The notes below the pieces were generated by a model. It was given only the letters and a program-made list of their open reading frames with translations, ran no database searches and had not been told where the DNA came from. The position numbers were made by a program, and so were the translations under genes. Below, one piece after another: positions 44,046 to 55,803 of a stretch of 64,000 nucleotides of DNA. The stretch spans positions 384,001 through 448,000 of the forward strand of contig CAVSHT010000004.1 in NCBI GenBank assembly GCA_963727895.1. The letters are read 5' to 3'. How positions within the stretch are numbered: the stretch's first letter is position 1; every line of letters starts with the position of its first letter. Source of the DNA: an uncultured Methanosarcinaceae archaeon. GTDB taxonomy: Archaea > Halobacteriota > Methanosarcinia > Methanosarcinales > Methanosarcinaceae.

Positions 44046-45308
44046 TCAATTGTTATCTTTTCTGACCGGCAGAGTCTGCCCTCCATGAGGCATAAGGTGA
44101 ATTTTTGCATCAGGATTTTCTGAGAGCACTTCAGATAAGGCATCTTCTACACTTGCCATCGGAGTAAAGAATGCATTTCTTGTTTGCTCGTCTGAAAGCT
44201 TTGAGACCAGATAAAGCTTAAATTTCTTTGAGGTTTTTGCAATGATTGCCGTTTTGTGCCCACCAAACTCAAAACATTTTTTGAAACGTTCAATTGCATC
44301 ATCAGGGCTCTGGCACTCTCTGTTCCAGCATTCATATACCTGATTTCCTATCCCTTCTGCACATTCGGCTACAAGGATAATGGAGCCTCCTTCTTTCACA
44401 GCCTGAGTTGCATTGTCAAGCGACTTATTTGCCTGGAAAAGATTGATATCTTTAGGGAAACCTCCACAGGAAACGATTACAGCATCTGCAGGTTCTACGG
44501 GCACTTTGTACATAGAGTCAACAGCTTTTACGCCTTGCCTATGCGCCCCTATAAAATCCCCTGCAACAGCCGCAACAATCTCTTTTTTGCTATCAAGAAC
44601 CACATTCAAGATAAAATCAAGACCGAGAATTTTTGCAGCTTCTTCCATATCCTGTCTGACAGGACCATCAACCCTTCCGGAAACAGCTTTTTCATCAATC
44701 ATCATTTTATGGTTTGTGATAACTGTTTCTCTCGAACTTACGCCGGGCAGAACTGACTTTGCTCCACCACTGTACCCTGCGTAGTAATGGAATTCGATGC
44801 TTCCGGTTCCTATGATAACATCGGAGTTGATTACTTCTTCAAAAACCTCAATTGGAGTTCCTCGAGATGTTATACCGATACGCCTGCACCTCTGAGTATC
44901 ATGCTGAATACACCTCCTTTTTTCGAAGATCTCATCTCCAACCAGTTTTCGGGATTCCTCTTCAGTCTGGTTTCTATGGAGTCCGAGAGCAAAGAAAATA
45001 GTGATGTTTTCGTCCTTTGCCCCTCCAAGATGAAGCTCTTCAAACAGAGGCAGGAGAAGCTTTGCAGTAGGAGTTGGCCGCGTAACATCGCTAACTATGA
45101 TTGCAATCTTCGAATCAGGGTTTACAAATTCAGAAAGCCTTCGACTGTTTATGGGTTTTTCAAGGGCTTTTTTAATTAGAGAAAACCCATCTTCCTTTTT
45201 CTCAGGTTCTGAAGGCAGAATAATACTGGATACATTTTTTTCCGGAATTTCAAACTCAATTCCAGAGCTTCCAAGAGCAAGTGATATTATTTTTGTATTT
45301 GCAGTCAT
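44046..45308 (-). CDS. larA: LarA-family nickel-pincer 2-hydroxyacid racemase
   Basis: SDVTRPTP, ALGLHR, FHYYAGYSGGAKSVLPG, PKDINLFQANK. Confidence 0.9.
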   Translation of the reverse strand: MTANTKIISLALGSSGIEFEIPEKNVSSIILPSEPEKKEDGFSLIKKALEKPINSRRLSEFVNPDSKIAIIVSDVTRPTPTAKLLLPLFEELHLGGAKDENITIFFALGLHRNQTEEESRKLVGDEIFEKRRCIQHDTQRCRRIGITSRGTPIEVFEEVINSDVIIGTGSIEFHYYAGYSGGAKSVLPGVSSRETVITNHKMMIDEKAVSGRVDGPVRQDMEEAAKILGLDFILNVVLDSKKEIVAAVAGDFIGAHRQGVKAVDSMYKVPVEPADAVIVSCGGFPKDINLFQANKSLDNATQAVKEGGSIILVAECAEGIGNQVYECWNRECQSPDDAIERFKKCFEFGGHKTAIIAKTSKKFKLYLVSKLSDEQTRNAFFTPMASVEDALSEVLSENPDAKIHLMPHGGQTLPVRKDNN

Positions 45309-45451
45309 GTTTATGCCGACATTTTAATCCTGGGACTATTTTTCTTTATTTGTAAAATAATAAGAATAAACAAGTATAAAAAGAACTAGAAGGTGATTTT
45401 AAAGAAAAAGTAATAAAGGTAGTTAAAACCTTTTTCTTTGTATGTACTTCT

Positions 45452-46720
45452 TTATAGTTTTACAGGCAAGGTCCATCCACCATCTGGCATAATATGAATT
45501 TTAGCATCAGGATTTTCGGAAAGAACCTTTTCGAGAGCTTCATCTATGCTTTTTGCTGGAATAAAAAAAGCATTTTTACTTTCGGTCTCTGGAAGCTTCG
45601 ATACCAGATAAAGTTTGAATTCTTTTGCAGCCCTTCCAACGATAGCAGCTTTATGCCCGCCGAACTCAAAACAATTTTTGAAACGTTCAATCGCATCTTC
45701 AGGATCTCTGCATTCTCTGCTCCAGCATTCGTAGACTTTGTTTCCTATTCCTTCGGCACATTCGGCTACAAGGACAATGGAACCTCCTCTTTTTACAGCA
45801 GCGGTGGCGTTTTCAAGGGATTTAGTTGCCTGATAAAGGTTTATATCCTTTGGAAAACCCCCACAGGAAACAACTACAGCGTCTGCAGGTTCTACTGGAA
45901 TCTTATACATGGAATCGACATACTCTGTCCCTTTCCTGTGAGCTTCAATAAAATTCCCTGCAACGGCTGCAACTATCTCTTTTTTGTTGTTGATCACAAC
46001 ATTAAGGATAAAGTTAAGACCTGCAATTTTTGCAGCTTCTTCAATATTCTTTCTTGCCGGACTATCGACTCTACCTGAGAGAGGATCACCTTCAAAGAGC
46101 TTGCTATAAGAGCTATGGAATGAAAGAATGGATTTCTCAGAACTAACCCCAGGAAGAATAGACTTTCCTCCTCCTCCATATCCCGCATAATAGTGAAATT
46201 CCACAGTACCTGTGCTTATGATGACATCGGAATCAATGACTTCTTCAAAAATCTCAACTGGAGTCCCAAAGCTAGTCTCTCCAAGCAATTTACACCTATT
46301 TCTGTCATGCTGGATGCACCTTATTTTTTCGAATATCTCATCTCCTACAATCTGGCGGCATTCTTCTTCAGTCTGTAAACGGTGAAGTCCGAGGGCAAAA
46401 ACAATAGTAATATTCTTATTCTTTGCTCCTCCAAGATAAAGTTCTTCAAGCAGAAGAGGAAGAATTTTTGCAGTAGGAGTTGGCCGCGTAATATCACTTA
46501 CGATAATTGCAATTTTTGAATTGGGGTTTACAATCTCAGAAAGCTGTCGGCTCTTGATGGGATTTTGAAGCGCTTTTCTCATCAGAGAAGACCCTTCTTC
46601 CTTTATTTCCAATTCGGAAGGTAAGATGATGCTGGATATGTTTTTCTCAGGAATATTCAGCTCAGAAATCCCGCTTCCAAACGCTAATGGAATCGTTTTT
46701 ACATTCGTAGTCATGGTCAT
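45452..46720 (-). CDS. larA: LarA-family paralog
   Basis: SDITRPTP, FHYYAGYGGGGKSILPG, PKDINLYQATK. Confidence 0.9.
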   Translation of the reverse strand: MTMTTNVKTIPLAFGSGISELNIPEKNISSIILPSELEIKEEGSSLMRKALQNPIKSRQLSEIVNPNSKIAIIVSDITRPTPTAKILPLLLEELYLGGAKNKNITIVFALGLHRLQTEEECRQIVGDEIFEKIRCIQHDRNRCKLLGETSFGTPVEIFEEVIDSDVIISTGTVEFHYYAGYGGGGKSILPGVSSEKSILSFHSSYSKLFEGDPLSGRVDSPARKNIEEAAKIAGLNFILNVVINNKKEIVAAVAGNFIEAHRKGTEYVDSMYKIPVEPADAVVVSCGGFPKDINLYQATKSLENATAAVKRGGSIVLVAECAEGIGNKVYECWSRECRDPEDAIERFKNCFEFGGHKAAIVGRAAKEFKLYLVSKLPETESKNAFFIPAKSIDEALEKVLSENPDAKIHIMPDGGWTLPVKL

Positions 46721-46791
46721 TTCGCTGTCATAGTATTAATTGTATAAAATCGTATAGGTAAACAATAAAGAATTCAATTATAAATATTTGT

Positions 46792-47607
46792 GGTTCCGTT
46801 GCAAAAAATCTTAGAATAAGCCTGTAAATCTATGAATAATGAATAAAAGTTAAAATATTCAAAAAGATATGTCAATATTATAGAACTATTCCAAATAATT
46901 GATTAATATATTTAGCTTCATTAAAGCCAGAGTAATTTAAGTTCTTGATTTGTCCTTTTTTAATCATATTCATAGCTTCAATTCCTTTTAAAGTTTTAAT
47001 GGCTGTATGAAAAGACTGAAATCCTAACATTGGATTAACTATTCGTTTAATGGATCTATGATCCTGTTCTATAATGTTATTCAAATATTTGATTTGTCGA
47101 ATGCCTACGTTTATAGGTAGTATTTTATCATTTTTCAGTTTATCTATAGCAGGTGGATAAGCTGGATTTTTGTCAACTGTGATTACTCTTGGAATTTGAT
47201 TATGATTAGAGTTCAAAGCTTTCTTAAAGAAACGTTTTGCTGCTTTTTTATTTCGTTTTGCACTTAACATGAAATCAATTGTATCTCCATTTGAGTCAAC
47301 TGCTCGGTAAAAATATTTCCATTCACCTTTAACTCTGATATAAGTTTCATCAACTCTCCAAGAGTCGTTTGTTGGTCTTAAATGCCTTCTGACCTTCTTT
47401 TCGATTTCAGGTGAATATTGATGTACCCATCTCATAATGGTTGTATGGTTGACTATTATCCCTCTTTCTGCCATCATTTCCTTTAAACTTCTATAACTAA
47501 GTGGGTATTTTAAGTACCATCTAACATTCAATAAAATAATTTCACCAACAAAGTGCTTCCATTTAAAGGAATTAGATAGCATATCACTATCTTTGATTTC
47601 ATTTTTT
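46792..47607 (-). mobile_element. IS6-family element, left end replaced by IS1
   Basis: Right TIR at 46792; transposase 46878..47582; IS1 abuts 25 bp upstream of the ATG. Confidence 0.95.
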
Positions 47608-48346
47608 GGCATTGTTAATTAAACATAGTTAACTCTTTATTTCTGTATTTCATCAATAGAATAACCGAGTACTTTAGCATTTCAAGACTTTTTTATAACA
47701 CTTTGTCTTTCTTCTCAATCTTGCTAGAAAATGCCTCAATATGCTGTTATATCCCTCAACTGTAAATGTTTCTGCTTTTGATTGAGTATGGATCTTTTTT
47801 GGAATAAACTCTGCATATGCTCTCCAGTGATCTGTCATTACTTCTCCAATCTCTTTTTTCTTCACTTTTTCCCAGAGTAGTTTTCCAGTTTCTGTTCCTC
47901 TGCTACCAAAAGAGCAATTGATGAACTTTTTCCCAACTCTATCAACAGCAATCCAGATCCAGCAATATTTTTTTTGTTACCGATGTAAGTGTGCATTTCA
48001 TCCATTTCAACAATAGATATCTCATTTTCACTTTTTAGGTCCTCTAACTCCTGACCAAATTTCTTTATCCATCTTTGGACAGAAACATGACTCACCCCTA
48101 AAAATCGTCCTATTGAACGAAAGCCCAATCCTTCAAGATAGAGTTGTAAAGCCTGTCTTTTTACAAAAGCGGAAAAAGCAGTTGATTTTAGCTCTACTGT
48201 ATAGTTATAGCCACAATCAGAGCATTTGTACCGTTGACGCCCGCCAACTATACCGTTCTTTTTGTGACTGGAACTATTGCATCTGGGGCAGTTCATGAAG
48301 AAATATACTTTCTAATAGTATATAACTATGTTTAAGTATCAAAGCC
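47608..48346 (-). mobile_element. IS1-family element (insA 47862..48296, insB with late indel)
   Basis: Ends GGCATTGTTAAT / GTATCAAAGCC; A8 slippage tract at GNKK. Confidence 0.93.
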
Positions 48347-48383
48347 AAAATTTAATATTCTGTAAATTTCCTTAATCTATTTC

Positions 48384-49067
48384 ATGTATAGTGGGTTGAA
48401 GAGAGATGTAATAAGACTTCAAAATATACTGGTTTCGCGCGCAACTGGTCGTATAGATCCCGATGAAAATAAGTTTCAAGAACTCAGAAAAAAAATAATT
48501 TTGCAAAAAGAATTTGATGACTATATCCCTGATTTTATTGTTAGTTGTAGGACTTTAGATCAATTCTGGTATTATATAAAACCTAAATTCAGTCATTATG
48601 ATGAGCGTCAAAAATATTTGCAGGATGAATTCAATCCTCTTTTAAGTTACATTGAGGAAAAGCAGCGTTCTAGAGCACAAGAACAGCTATTTGAATATGA
48701 TGTGGCTCTCTCTTTTGCAGGTGAAGAAAGAATATACGTTGAAAAAGTTGCTAAATACCTTAAAGATAATGGTGTCAAAGTTTTCTATGATAAGAATGAA
48801 GAGGAACAAGCAAAGCTATGGGGCGTGGATTTAACTGAATACTTATATAGAATTTATGCAAAGGAAGCTCTCTACTGTGTGATGTTCATATCAAAAAATT
48901 ACTCTGACAAAATATGGACTAGACATGAAAAAAGAAGTGCTTTAGAAAGAGTAATTAAAGAAAAACGAGAATATATATTGCCTGCGCGTTCTGATGATAT
49001 AGAAATAGAAGGATTACCATCGACTCTTGGATATATTGACTTAAGAGTAAAAACACCTGAAGAGTAG
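48384..49067 (+). CDS. Abi-type N-terminal domain plus TIR domain protein, last helix frameshifted
   Basis: LQNILVSRATG..CRTLDQFW..EFNPLL; YDVALSFAGEER..VFYD..LWG..FISKNY..WTRHE; GKIILIKL follows in another frame. Confidence 0.85.
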   Translation: MYSGLKRDVIRLQNILVSRATGRIDPDENKFQELRKKIILQKEFDDYIPDFIVSCRTLDQFWYYIKPKFSHYDERQKYLQDEFNPLLSYIEEKQRSRAQEQLFEYDVALSFAGEERIYVEKVAKYLKDNGVKVFYDKNEEEQAKLWGVDLTEYLYRIYAKEALYCVMFISKNYSDKIWTRHEKRSALERVIKEKREYILPARSDDIEIEGLPSTLGYIDLRVKTPEE

Positions 49068-49230
49068 GGAAAATAATTCTAATAAAACTACGAAATCACA
49101 GTTAAAAACTCTAAGTAAAATAATGAAAGATGAAAAACTAGCTACTGACTATATAGATACAAAAGCACCATAAGAACACAAGTTTATAAAAGTTCTCTTG
49201 AGCTTAATTCAGCATCTTTTTTATAAATTC

Positions 49231-49335
49231 GTCCGCTTGAACGAGCAAAGCGAGTGAAACGGACAGCGCACTGCAGAGCCGCAACTCTGCCGAAAAGTGC
49301 ACCGTCCTCCCGAGACGGGACTCGGGCGATGGAAA
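49231..49335 (+). repeat. Structured intergenic repeat (REP/MITE-like), copy 1
   Basis: Core CGTCCTCCCGAGACGGGACTCGGGCGATGGAA shared with copies near 51905 and 56070. Confidence 0.85.
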
Positions 49336-49343
49336 CGCAGCTT

Positions 49344-50327
49344 TTAACTCTCATCGTGAGTTTCTCTACGTTCTTCTATGAAATTAAGGAGTTCCTGAGA
49401 ATCACTTATTTTGTCAAGTTCCTTTTTCTCGATCATAACCGTGTTTTCTACGGATTTTATTTTAGAGTGTCCATTGATTATAAATACAGATTGGGTCTCT
49501 GTTATGCAGGAGATACTGCTCATCAAATGAGCCCTTTTGACCACGGTCGTATTGAATTCACTGACTCCTGTAAGGATAACTGAGGATTTATCCCGTGAAA
49601 TAGCCTTGAAAGGAGCCTGTAAAGTAGGAAGTACGTCATAACCAAGCATGGAAATGGTATTGAGGATCAAATCTTCCGGCAAGAGCGTACAGGTTTTTTT
49701 CTGGTTTTCAGCTTCGGATTCTGCCTTTTTCCGGGGTTTTCGGCTGCCACAGGATTTCAAGATATCAATAGGTTTTGCTAGTTCAACTCCAAAGATGTCT
49801 TCAAGCTGGATTACAACGTCTATCGATGCATCCATACCTTCTTCTTCATACTTGCTAATTGTTCTCCTTGAAACTCCTACCATTGAAGCAAGAGTACCAA
49901 GAGACATTGACTGATCCATCCGGGATTTTTTTAGAATTTCTCCTTCTATTGAGATATATAGCCCACCTGGAGCTGCTGATACCAGAGGAGGAACATTTTC
50001 AATAAAGTAGTCATAGAGAGTCTGCACGTTCAGGGCCAGAATATCATAACGCATATATACAACGCTATCTTCAAGCATCTGATCTCTGGTTTTTGCCCCC
50101 ACGACAATGGCAGAACCTCCAAGATATTCGGCCAGATACTTCATTTCCCTGGCAGTTTCTTCATTCAAGCCGTCAATATTAAATAAAACCTTGCAAAGTA
50201 ATAATGTTTCATTTTTCCGTGCTGCAACGTCAAAACTCCTCGGACGAATATTGCAGCGATCAGAAAGTGCAAAACCTGCACGTGCCAATACATCAATAAT
50301 TTGATGTATAAGAACTTCTTTTGTCAT
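49344..50327 (-). CDS. Conserved archaeal HTH transcriptional regulator (COG1395-like)
   Basis: RPRSFDVAAR, AAPGGLYI, SLGTLASMVGVSRRTISKYE. Confidence 0.9.
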   Translation of the reverse strand: MTKEVLIHQIIDVLARAGFALSDRCNIRPRSFDVAARKNETLLLCKVLFNIDGLNEETAREMKYLAEYLGGSAIVVGAKTRDQMLEDSVVYMRYDILALNVQTLYDYFIENVPPLVSAAPGGLYISIEGEILKKSRMDQSMSLGTLASMVGVSRRTISKYEEEGMDASIDVVIQLEDIFGVELAKPIDILKSCGSRKPRKKAESEAENQKKTCTLLPEDLILNTISMLGYDVLPTLQAPFKAISRDKSSVILTGVSEFNTTVVKRAHLMSSISCITETQSVFIINGHSKIKSVENTVMIEKKELDKISDSQELLNFIEERRETHDES

Positions 50328-50477
50328 TCCAGTATTAATTTCTGTTTGAACATCTATATATATGTTTCTTCACTTTTGACAATCCAAAAGTGTAAAAATA
50401 CGTCGGAGAATAGCGAAAAATGTAATTATATGAAAATACATCTGGGAAATTAAAAAGCAATAACTGGAATCGAAAAA

Positions 50478-51764
50478 ATGATTATTGGAATCGATGATAC
50501 GGATTCAAACGAAGGAATGTGTACGACATATCTGGGAGCTCTGCTGCTGGAAGAACTTCAAGTCTATGGAAAAGTGAAAACTCTTCCACTCCTTATACGC
50601 CTTAATCCTACAATTCCCTACAAAACAAGAGGAAATGCTTCAGTAGCACTGAAACTCAAGACTAACTACCCAGAAAAAGTAATTGATCACGTTGTGTCCA
50701 GAATAGAAAAATTTGCACGTATGGAGTGCGAAAAAACCAATCCTGGCACGGTTTTTATCCTGGAAAATGATTACGAGAAACTCAAACCTATCCTTATGAG
50801 CTTTCTGGAAAAAGCAGTAAGGGATGTGATCGAAATAGAGGAGGCAAAAAACCTTATCTCAAAATATGGAATTTCCTCAAGAGGATTCAAAAACGGAAGG
50901 GGATTAATAGGTGCCCTTGCAGCTTGTGGAGCCATGCTTAACTCCGAAAAATGGGATCATACTTTCGAATACCTGGCATACCGTCAAAAGGAAAAATGGG
51001 GAACCCTTCGCGAGATTGAAAAAGGAAGCTTCTTTGAAGCTGACAGAGAGACTTATCCAGAAACCTGGGACACAGTGGATCTCAAAAATAGACTCATTGT
51101 TTGTGTACCTCATTCTGCCGATCCTGTGCTTTTCGGGATCAGAGGAAAAAATCCGGCAATAGTTACTAAAGCTGCATCCTTGATAAGCACTGAGCCTATT
51201 GAACGCTTTGCCATATACAAAACTAATCAGGGTACTGATATGCACCTGCTTTCTGCAGAAAGTCTTGCAGAAATAAAGGATATGCACTCTTACAAGCTAG
51301 AAGGCACAGTCTCAGCAATTCCAGAAACCATTAACGGAGGACATGTTATATTTTTCATCCAAGATCAGGAAGGAAACAAAATTGACTGTGCAGCCTTCGA
51401 ACCCACAAAGAACTTTCGGCTGCTTATAAGGAAACTGAGAACAGGAGATAGAGTTATACTATCTGGAAGTGTAAATTCCCAAACATTAAACATTGAAAAA
51501 ATAGAGATCAAAAATCTTGTAACTCTTTACAGAGAAGAAAACCCGGTATGTCCTACCTGTAGAAAACATATGAAATCATCAGGTCAATCCCAGGGCTTCC
51601 GCTGTAAAAAATGTGGAACCCAAGCCACCTCAAAAATAAGATCTGAAATAAAAAGAAACCTTACAGCAGGATTATATGAAGTCCCTCCCTGCGCCCGCAG
51701 ACATCTTGCAAAACCCCTAGTAAGAGAACAAAGATCTGATATAGAGATTCACCCTTCTCGCTAA
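50478..51764 (+). CDS. tiaS: tRNA(Ile2)-agmatinylcytidine synthase
   Basis: IGIDDTDS..GMCTTY, RLNPTIPYKTRGN, TNQGTD, AAFEPTK, Zn ribbon, ARRHLAKP. Confidence 0.95.
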   Translation: MIIGIDDTDSNEGMCTTYLGALLLEELQVYGKVKTLPLLIRLNPTIPYKTRGNASVALKLKTNYPEKVIDHVVSRIEKFARMECEKTNPGTVFILENDYEKLKPILMSFLEKAVRDVIEIEEAKNLISKYGISSRGFKNGRGLIGALAACGAMLNSEKWDHTFEYLAYRQKEKWGTLREIEKGSFFEADRETYPETWDTVDLKNRLIVCVPHSADPVLFGIRGKNPAIVTKAASLISTEPIERFAIYKTNQGTDMHLLSAESLAEIKDMHSYKLEGTVSAIPETINGGHVIFFIQDQEGNKIDCAAFEPTKNFRLLIRKLRTGDRVILSGSVNSQTLNIEKIEIKNLVTLYREENPVCPTCRKHMKSSGQSQGFRCKKCGTQATSKIRSEIKRNLTAGLYEVPPCARRHLAKPLVREQRSDIEIHPSR

Positions 51765-51864
51765 AGAAAATTCACGTGAGCAAAGAAAAAATGAAGCTTG
51801 TTTCCAACTCAGAATTCGTATAAATTATGCATTTCAATGTTGGAAAACAATTCCTTTTACCCCT

Positions 51865-51940
51865 ATTCAGCTCTCTTGAGCGAACAAAGTGAGCGAAAAG
51901 GGCACGTCCTCCCGAGACGGGACTCGGGTGATGGAACTCG
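51865..51940 (+). repeat. Structured intergenic repeat, copy 2
   Basis: Shared core, between convergent tiaS and nadE. Confidence 0.85.
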
Positions 51941-51974
51941 GGTGACGGAACTATAGAGAATGAATTAAGGAAGT

Positions 51975-52742
51975 TCAAATGGATGGTGCAGGAGGAGCAT
52001 ATCTTTTATGCTTGCTTCTCTCTATACGGCTCATAACTGAGTTCATCTGTTCTGCAGAAATCCCGAGAGTTTTCATAATAGTTTCGGGATCTTCTTTCTG
52101 TTCAAGCTTTTTGAGTACTTCGTCTACTTTTAAGTAAGAGATTCCAAGTTCAGCTTCATCTGTCTGACCTGCCCAAAGGCCTGCTGAGGGTTTTTTCGTG
52201 ATAAGAGTCTCCGGAACCCCAAGCATGCGTGAGAGTTCCCATACCTCGGTCTTGTAAAGCCCCCCAATAGGTTCGATATCAACGCCTCCATCTCCATATT
52301 TAGTGAAATAACCAAGCAAGAGCTCAGTTTTATTACCGGTTCCTATAACCATACGATTCATCTGGTTTGCGTGGAAATAGAGAAGAGACATTCTGATTCT
52401 TGCCTTCAGGTTACCCATAGTGAGTCTGTCTGCAGATTCTTTTTCCGGAACTGCAGACATGAAAACCGAAATAATTCCTGAAATATCAATAGTCTTAAAT
52501 TCGATTCCCAGCCAGTCTGCAAGAGCTTTTGCATCGTTGCTATCTTCAGAAAGAGTAAGCCCAGATTCCGGCATGTGAATTCCAAGCACTTTATCCCTTC
52601 CCAGAGCTTCTACTGTGAGAGTTGCGGCAAGGGCTGAGTCTACTCCTCCGCTTATACCTACAACAGCTCCATTTACACCTGCTTTAAGGGTTTCGTTCCT
52701 AATAAAATCAATAATTCTGTTCTTCGTGATTTCAAGGCTCAT
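51975..52742 (-). CDS. nadE: NH3-dependent NAD+ synthetase
   Basis: GISGGVDS, GNLKARIRM, GTGNKTE..GYFTKYGDG, PSAGLWAGQTDE. Confidence 0.95.
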   Translation of the reverse strand: MSLEITKNRIIDFIRNETLKAGVNGAVVGISGGVDSALAATLTVEALGRDKVLGIHMPESGLTLSEDSNDAKALADWLGIEFKTIDISGIISVFMSAVPEKESADRLTMGNLKARIRMSLLYFHANQMNRMVIGTGNKTELLLGYFTKYGDGGVDIEPIGGLYKTEVWELSRMLGVPETLITKKPSAGLWAGQTDEAELGISYLKVDEVLKKLEQKEDPETIMKTLGISAEQMNSVMSRIERSKHKRYAPPAPSI

Positions 52743-53331
52743 AATATCAGTTCCTAGGTACCCGTAAGGATATAATTCAAAATGACCTGAAAAACCTGAA
52801 TTCAGGATAGAATTCAAGATCATAAAGATAGGAAATTCAAAAGATATCAAGTTTAAGTGATTATTTTGAGGATTAAATAATTTTATACACAGAAGTTAGA
52901 GATATATAAATATTCAGAGGAAATACGGAGTTGTGGTAAACTTATTTAATAAATGGAAGATATAGGGAGTAAGATATGTCTGGTAATATAATATAAATAA
53001 ATAATTATTAAATACACTCTAACCAATAACGAATTATCAAATATGCCTTTAACCGACAAATTATTATCAGGACAATGCTACAGTTATAAAGGGGTTTCTT
53101 TGGATCGGAAAACTGAATAGAATATTCAAGGCGTAGCAGTTCCATTACAAACTCTCATGGATGAAAATCTACCTGATCAAAGGTATTGAAATAAAAAGAC
53201 ATCTAATATAGAAAACAGGTAGTTCCATAATATGTATTCCGGAAAAACCGGAAAGAGACGTTGCCTGTTTATGTTATGTAATTATTAAATAAAGGTTACA
53301 ATCAAAAAGACAACTATTTTCGGGATGATCT

Positions 53332-55658
53332 ATGGAAGAAATACAGTTGAAGGTTGAAAAAGCATATCCTATCGACCTTGGAAGAGGAATTATCCGACTG
53401 GACCCTACAACTTTGTTGAAGCTTCAGCTCTCACCAGGCGACATCGTGGAAATTAGAGGTAAGAAAAAGACCACGGCAAAGGTTTGGAGAGCTGATCGGC
53501 AGGACTGGGATCAGGGACTCGTGAGAATTGATAACTTCATCCGGCAAAATGCAAGTGTTTCCATAGGAGAGAAGGTAACCATCAAAAAGGTTGAAGCCCC
53601 TGAGGCGAAAAAACTTGTTCTGGCACTTCCGGAAAGCATGATGCAGGGAGGTCCTGAACTTCAGTTTGGGGAACATGCAAATGAAATTATAAAGCGACAC
53701 ATTCTCAAAAGGCCGGTTTTTAGGGGAGACATAATTCCTATAATAAATTCAATGTCTCAACCAATGACGGAATCTCTGACTACAAGCCAGGTAATTCCTC
53801 TTGTTGCTGTCGAGACTGAGCCTTCAAATACTATCGTTCTTGTTACAGAAACTACGCTTATCGAACTTCGAAAAAAGCCGGTACAAGGATACGAAAAAGC
53901 AACCCGAGGCGTAACTACCTATGAAGACATAGGAGGTCTCGGGAATGAAATCATGCGTGTCCGAGAAATTATAGAGATGCCTATGAAGCATCCTGAGCTT
54001 TTCGCCCACCTTAATATCGAGCCTCCAAAAGGAGTCATTCTCTATGGCCCACCCGGAACCGGAAAAACTCTGATTGCAAAAGCCGTAGCTAATGAATCTG
54101 GGGCAAGTTTCCATTACATTGCTGGTCCTGAGATTGTAGGAAAATTCTATGGAGAAAGTGAAGAAAGGCTCAGGAAGATCTTTGAAGAGGCAACTCAGGA
54201 TGCGCCGTCGGTCATTTTTATTGATGAAATCGACTCCATTGCTCCAAAAAGAGAGAATGTAACAGGAGAAGTGGAAAGACGAGTGGTCGCCCAACTTCTG
54301 ACTCTTCTTGATGGAATGGAAGAAAGAGGACAGGTTGTGGTTATCGGAGCCACAAACCGTGTGGATGCTATTGACCCCGCACTCAGGAGACCAGGTCGCT
54401 TTGATAGAGAAATCCATATAGGCGTGCCTGATACAAAAGATAGATATGAGATCCTCCAGATCCATACAAGGGGTATGCCCATAGAAAGAGACGAGGAAAA
54501 GAGGAAATCGAAAAAGCTGAAAATGAAGTTGATGAAGCTACTCTGGAGAGAGAAAGGAAAGAAAAGGCAGATAAATACCTGATGTATCTGGCTGAAAGAA
54601 CCCAGGGGTTTGTAGGCGCAGATTTGCTGGCCCTTGTGCAGGAAGCCGCTATGCGGTGTCTCAGAGAAAATCTGCCGGATCTTGACCTTGAAAAGGAAGC
54701 AATTCCACCAGAAAGACTGGAAAAAATCGTTGTAACCAAGAAAAACTTTGAAGATGCCCTGATTGAGGCAGAACCCTCAGCTCTTAGAGAAATTTATGTA
54801 GAGATGCCCACAGTTAGCTGGAATGATGTGGGAGGGCTCGATGAAGCAAAGCAGTCCATTATTGAGGCTGTGGAATGGCCCATTAAAAGTCCGGAAAAGT
54901 TCACTAAGATGGGTATAAAAGCTCCTAGAGGAATCCTACTTTACGGCCCACCAGGGACTGGAAAAACCCTGATAGCAAAGGCTGTTTCCCATGAGTCAAA
55001 TGCGAACTTCATAAGCGTAAAAGGACCTGAGATTTTTTCAAAGTGGCTTGGAGAATCGGAAAAAGCCATCCGAGAAATATTCAAGAAAGCTCGGCAAGTT
55101 TCCCCATGTGTGGTATTCTTTGACGAAATAGATTCGATTGCTTCGATGCCAGGAATGGAATCTACGGATAGTCGAACTTCAGAAAGAGTACTCAATCAGC
55201 TCCTGACAGAGATGGACGGACTTGAATCTCTCAAAGATGTAGTGGTAATTGCCGCAACCAATCGCCCTAACCTTCTGGATCCTGCAATTATCCGCCCTGG
55301 ACGTTTTGACAGATTGGTTTACATAGGTTCTCCTGACCGAAAAGGCAGACTCAAGATATTCAACATTCATACAAACGATACACCTCTTGCTGATGATGTG
55401 GCTCTTGAAAACCTTGCTGATATTACTGAGGGATACGTGGGTGCTGATATAGAGTCAGTGTGCAGAGAAGCTGTAATGATTGCGCTCAGGGAGAACTTCG
55501 ATGTAGAAAGCATAGAAATGAGACACTTTAAGGAAGCTCTGAAAAAGGTAAAACCAACAATTACGGAAGATATTGCTCAGTTCTACGAGAAGATCGAAGC
55601 TCATTTCAAAGGAGGCCAGAGACTCACAAATACAGCTGGTTATATTGGTTACAGGTAA
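53332..55658 (+). pseudogene. cdc48: Cdc48/VAT AAA ATPase, frameshifted near 54495 (real or sequencing error)
   Basis: N-domain; D1 and D2 each with YGPPGTGKT and DEID; linker [32 protein letters not shown] lies in the second ORF frame. Confidence 0.9.
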
Positions 55659-55668
55659 AATTTAAATG

Positions 55669-55691
55669 AGTTGCTCCTTTAAGGAGCAACT
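55669..55691 (+). terminator. Hairpin just after cdc48
   Basis: AGTTGCTCCT-TTA-AGGAGCAACT. Confidence 0.5.
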
Positions 55692-55803
55692 TATAAAAGG
55701 AAAAAGTTTTAAGGAACCTAGTTTCAAATGGAATAAAATATTCGAAGTGAAAAGCCAACTTTACCCAGACCGTATAACACGCTGTGAACGGAGATAAGAT
55801 AAA

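Noticed and set aside
44147..46378. Antisense and alternative-frame ORFs over larA (also over cdc48, korA, tiaS)
   Set aside because: Shadow ORFs of well-supported genes with no motifs
49065..49105. Pyrrolysine readthrough in the TIR gene
   Set aside because: TAA follows two codons after the TAG; the conserved-looking tail is in another frame, so this is a frameshift
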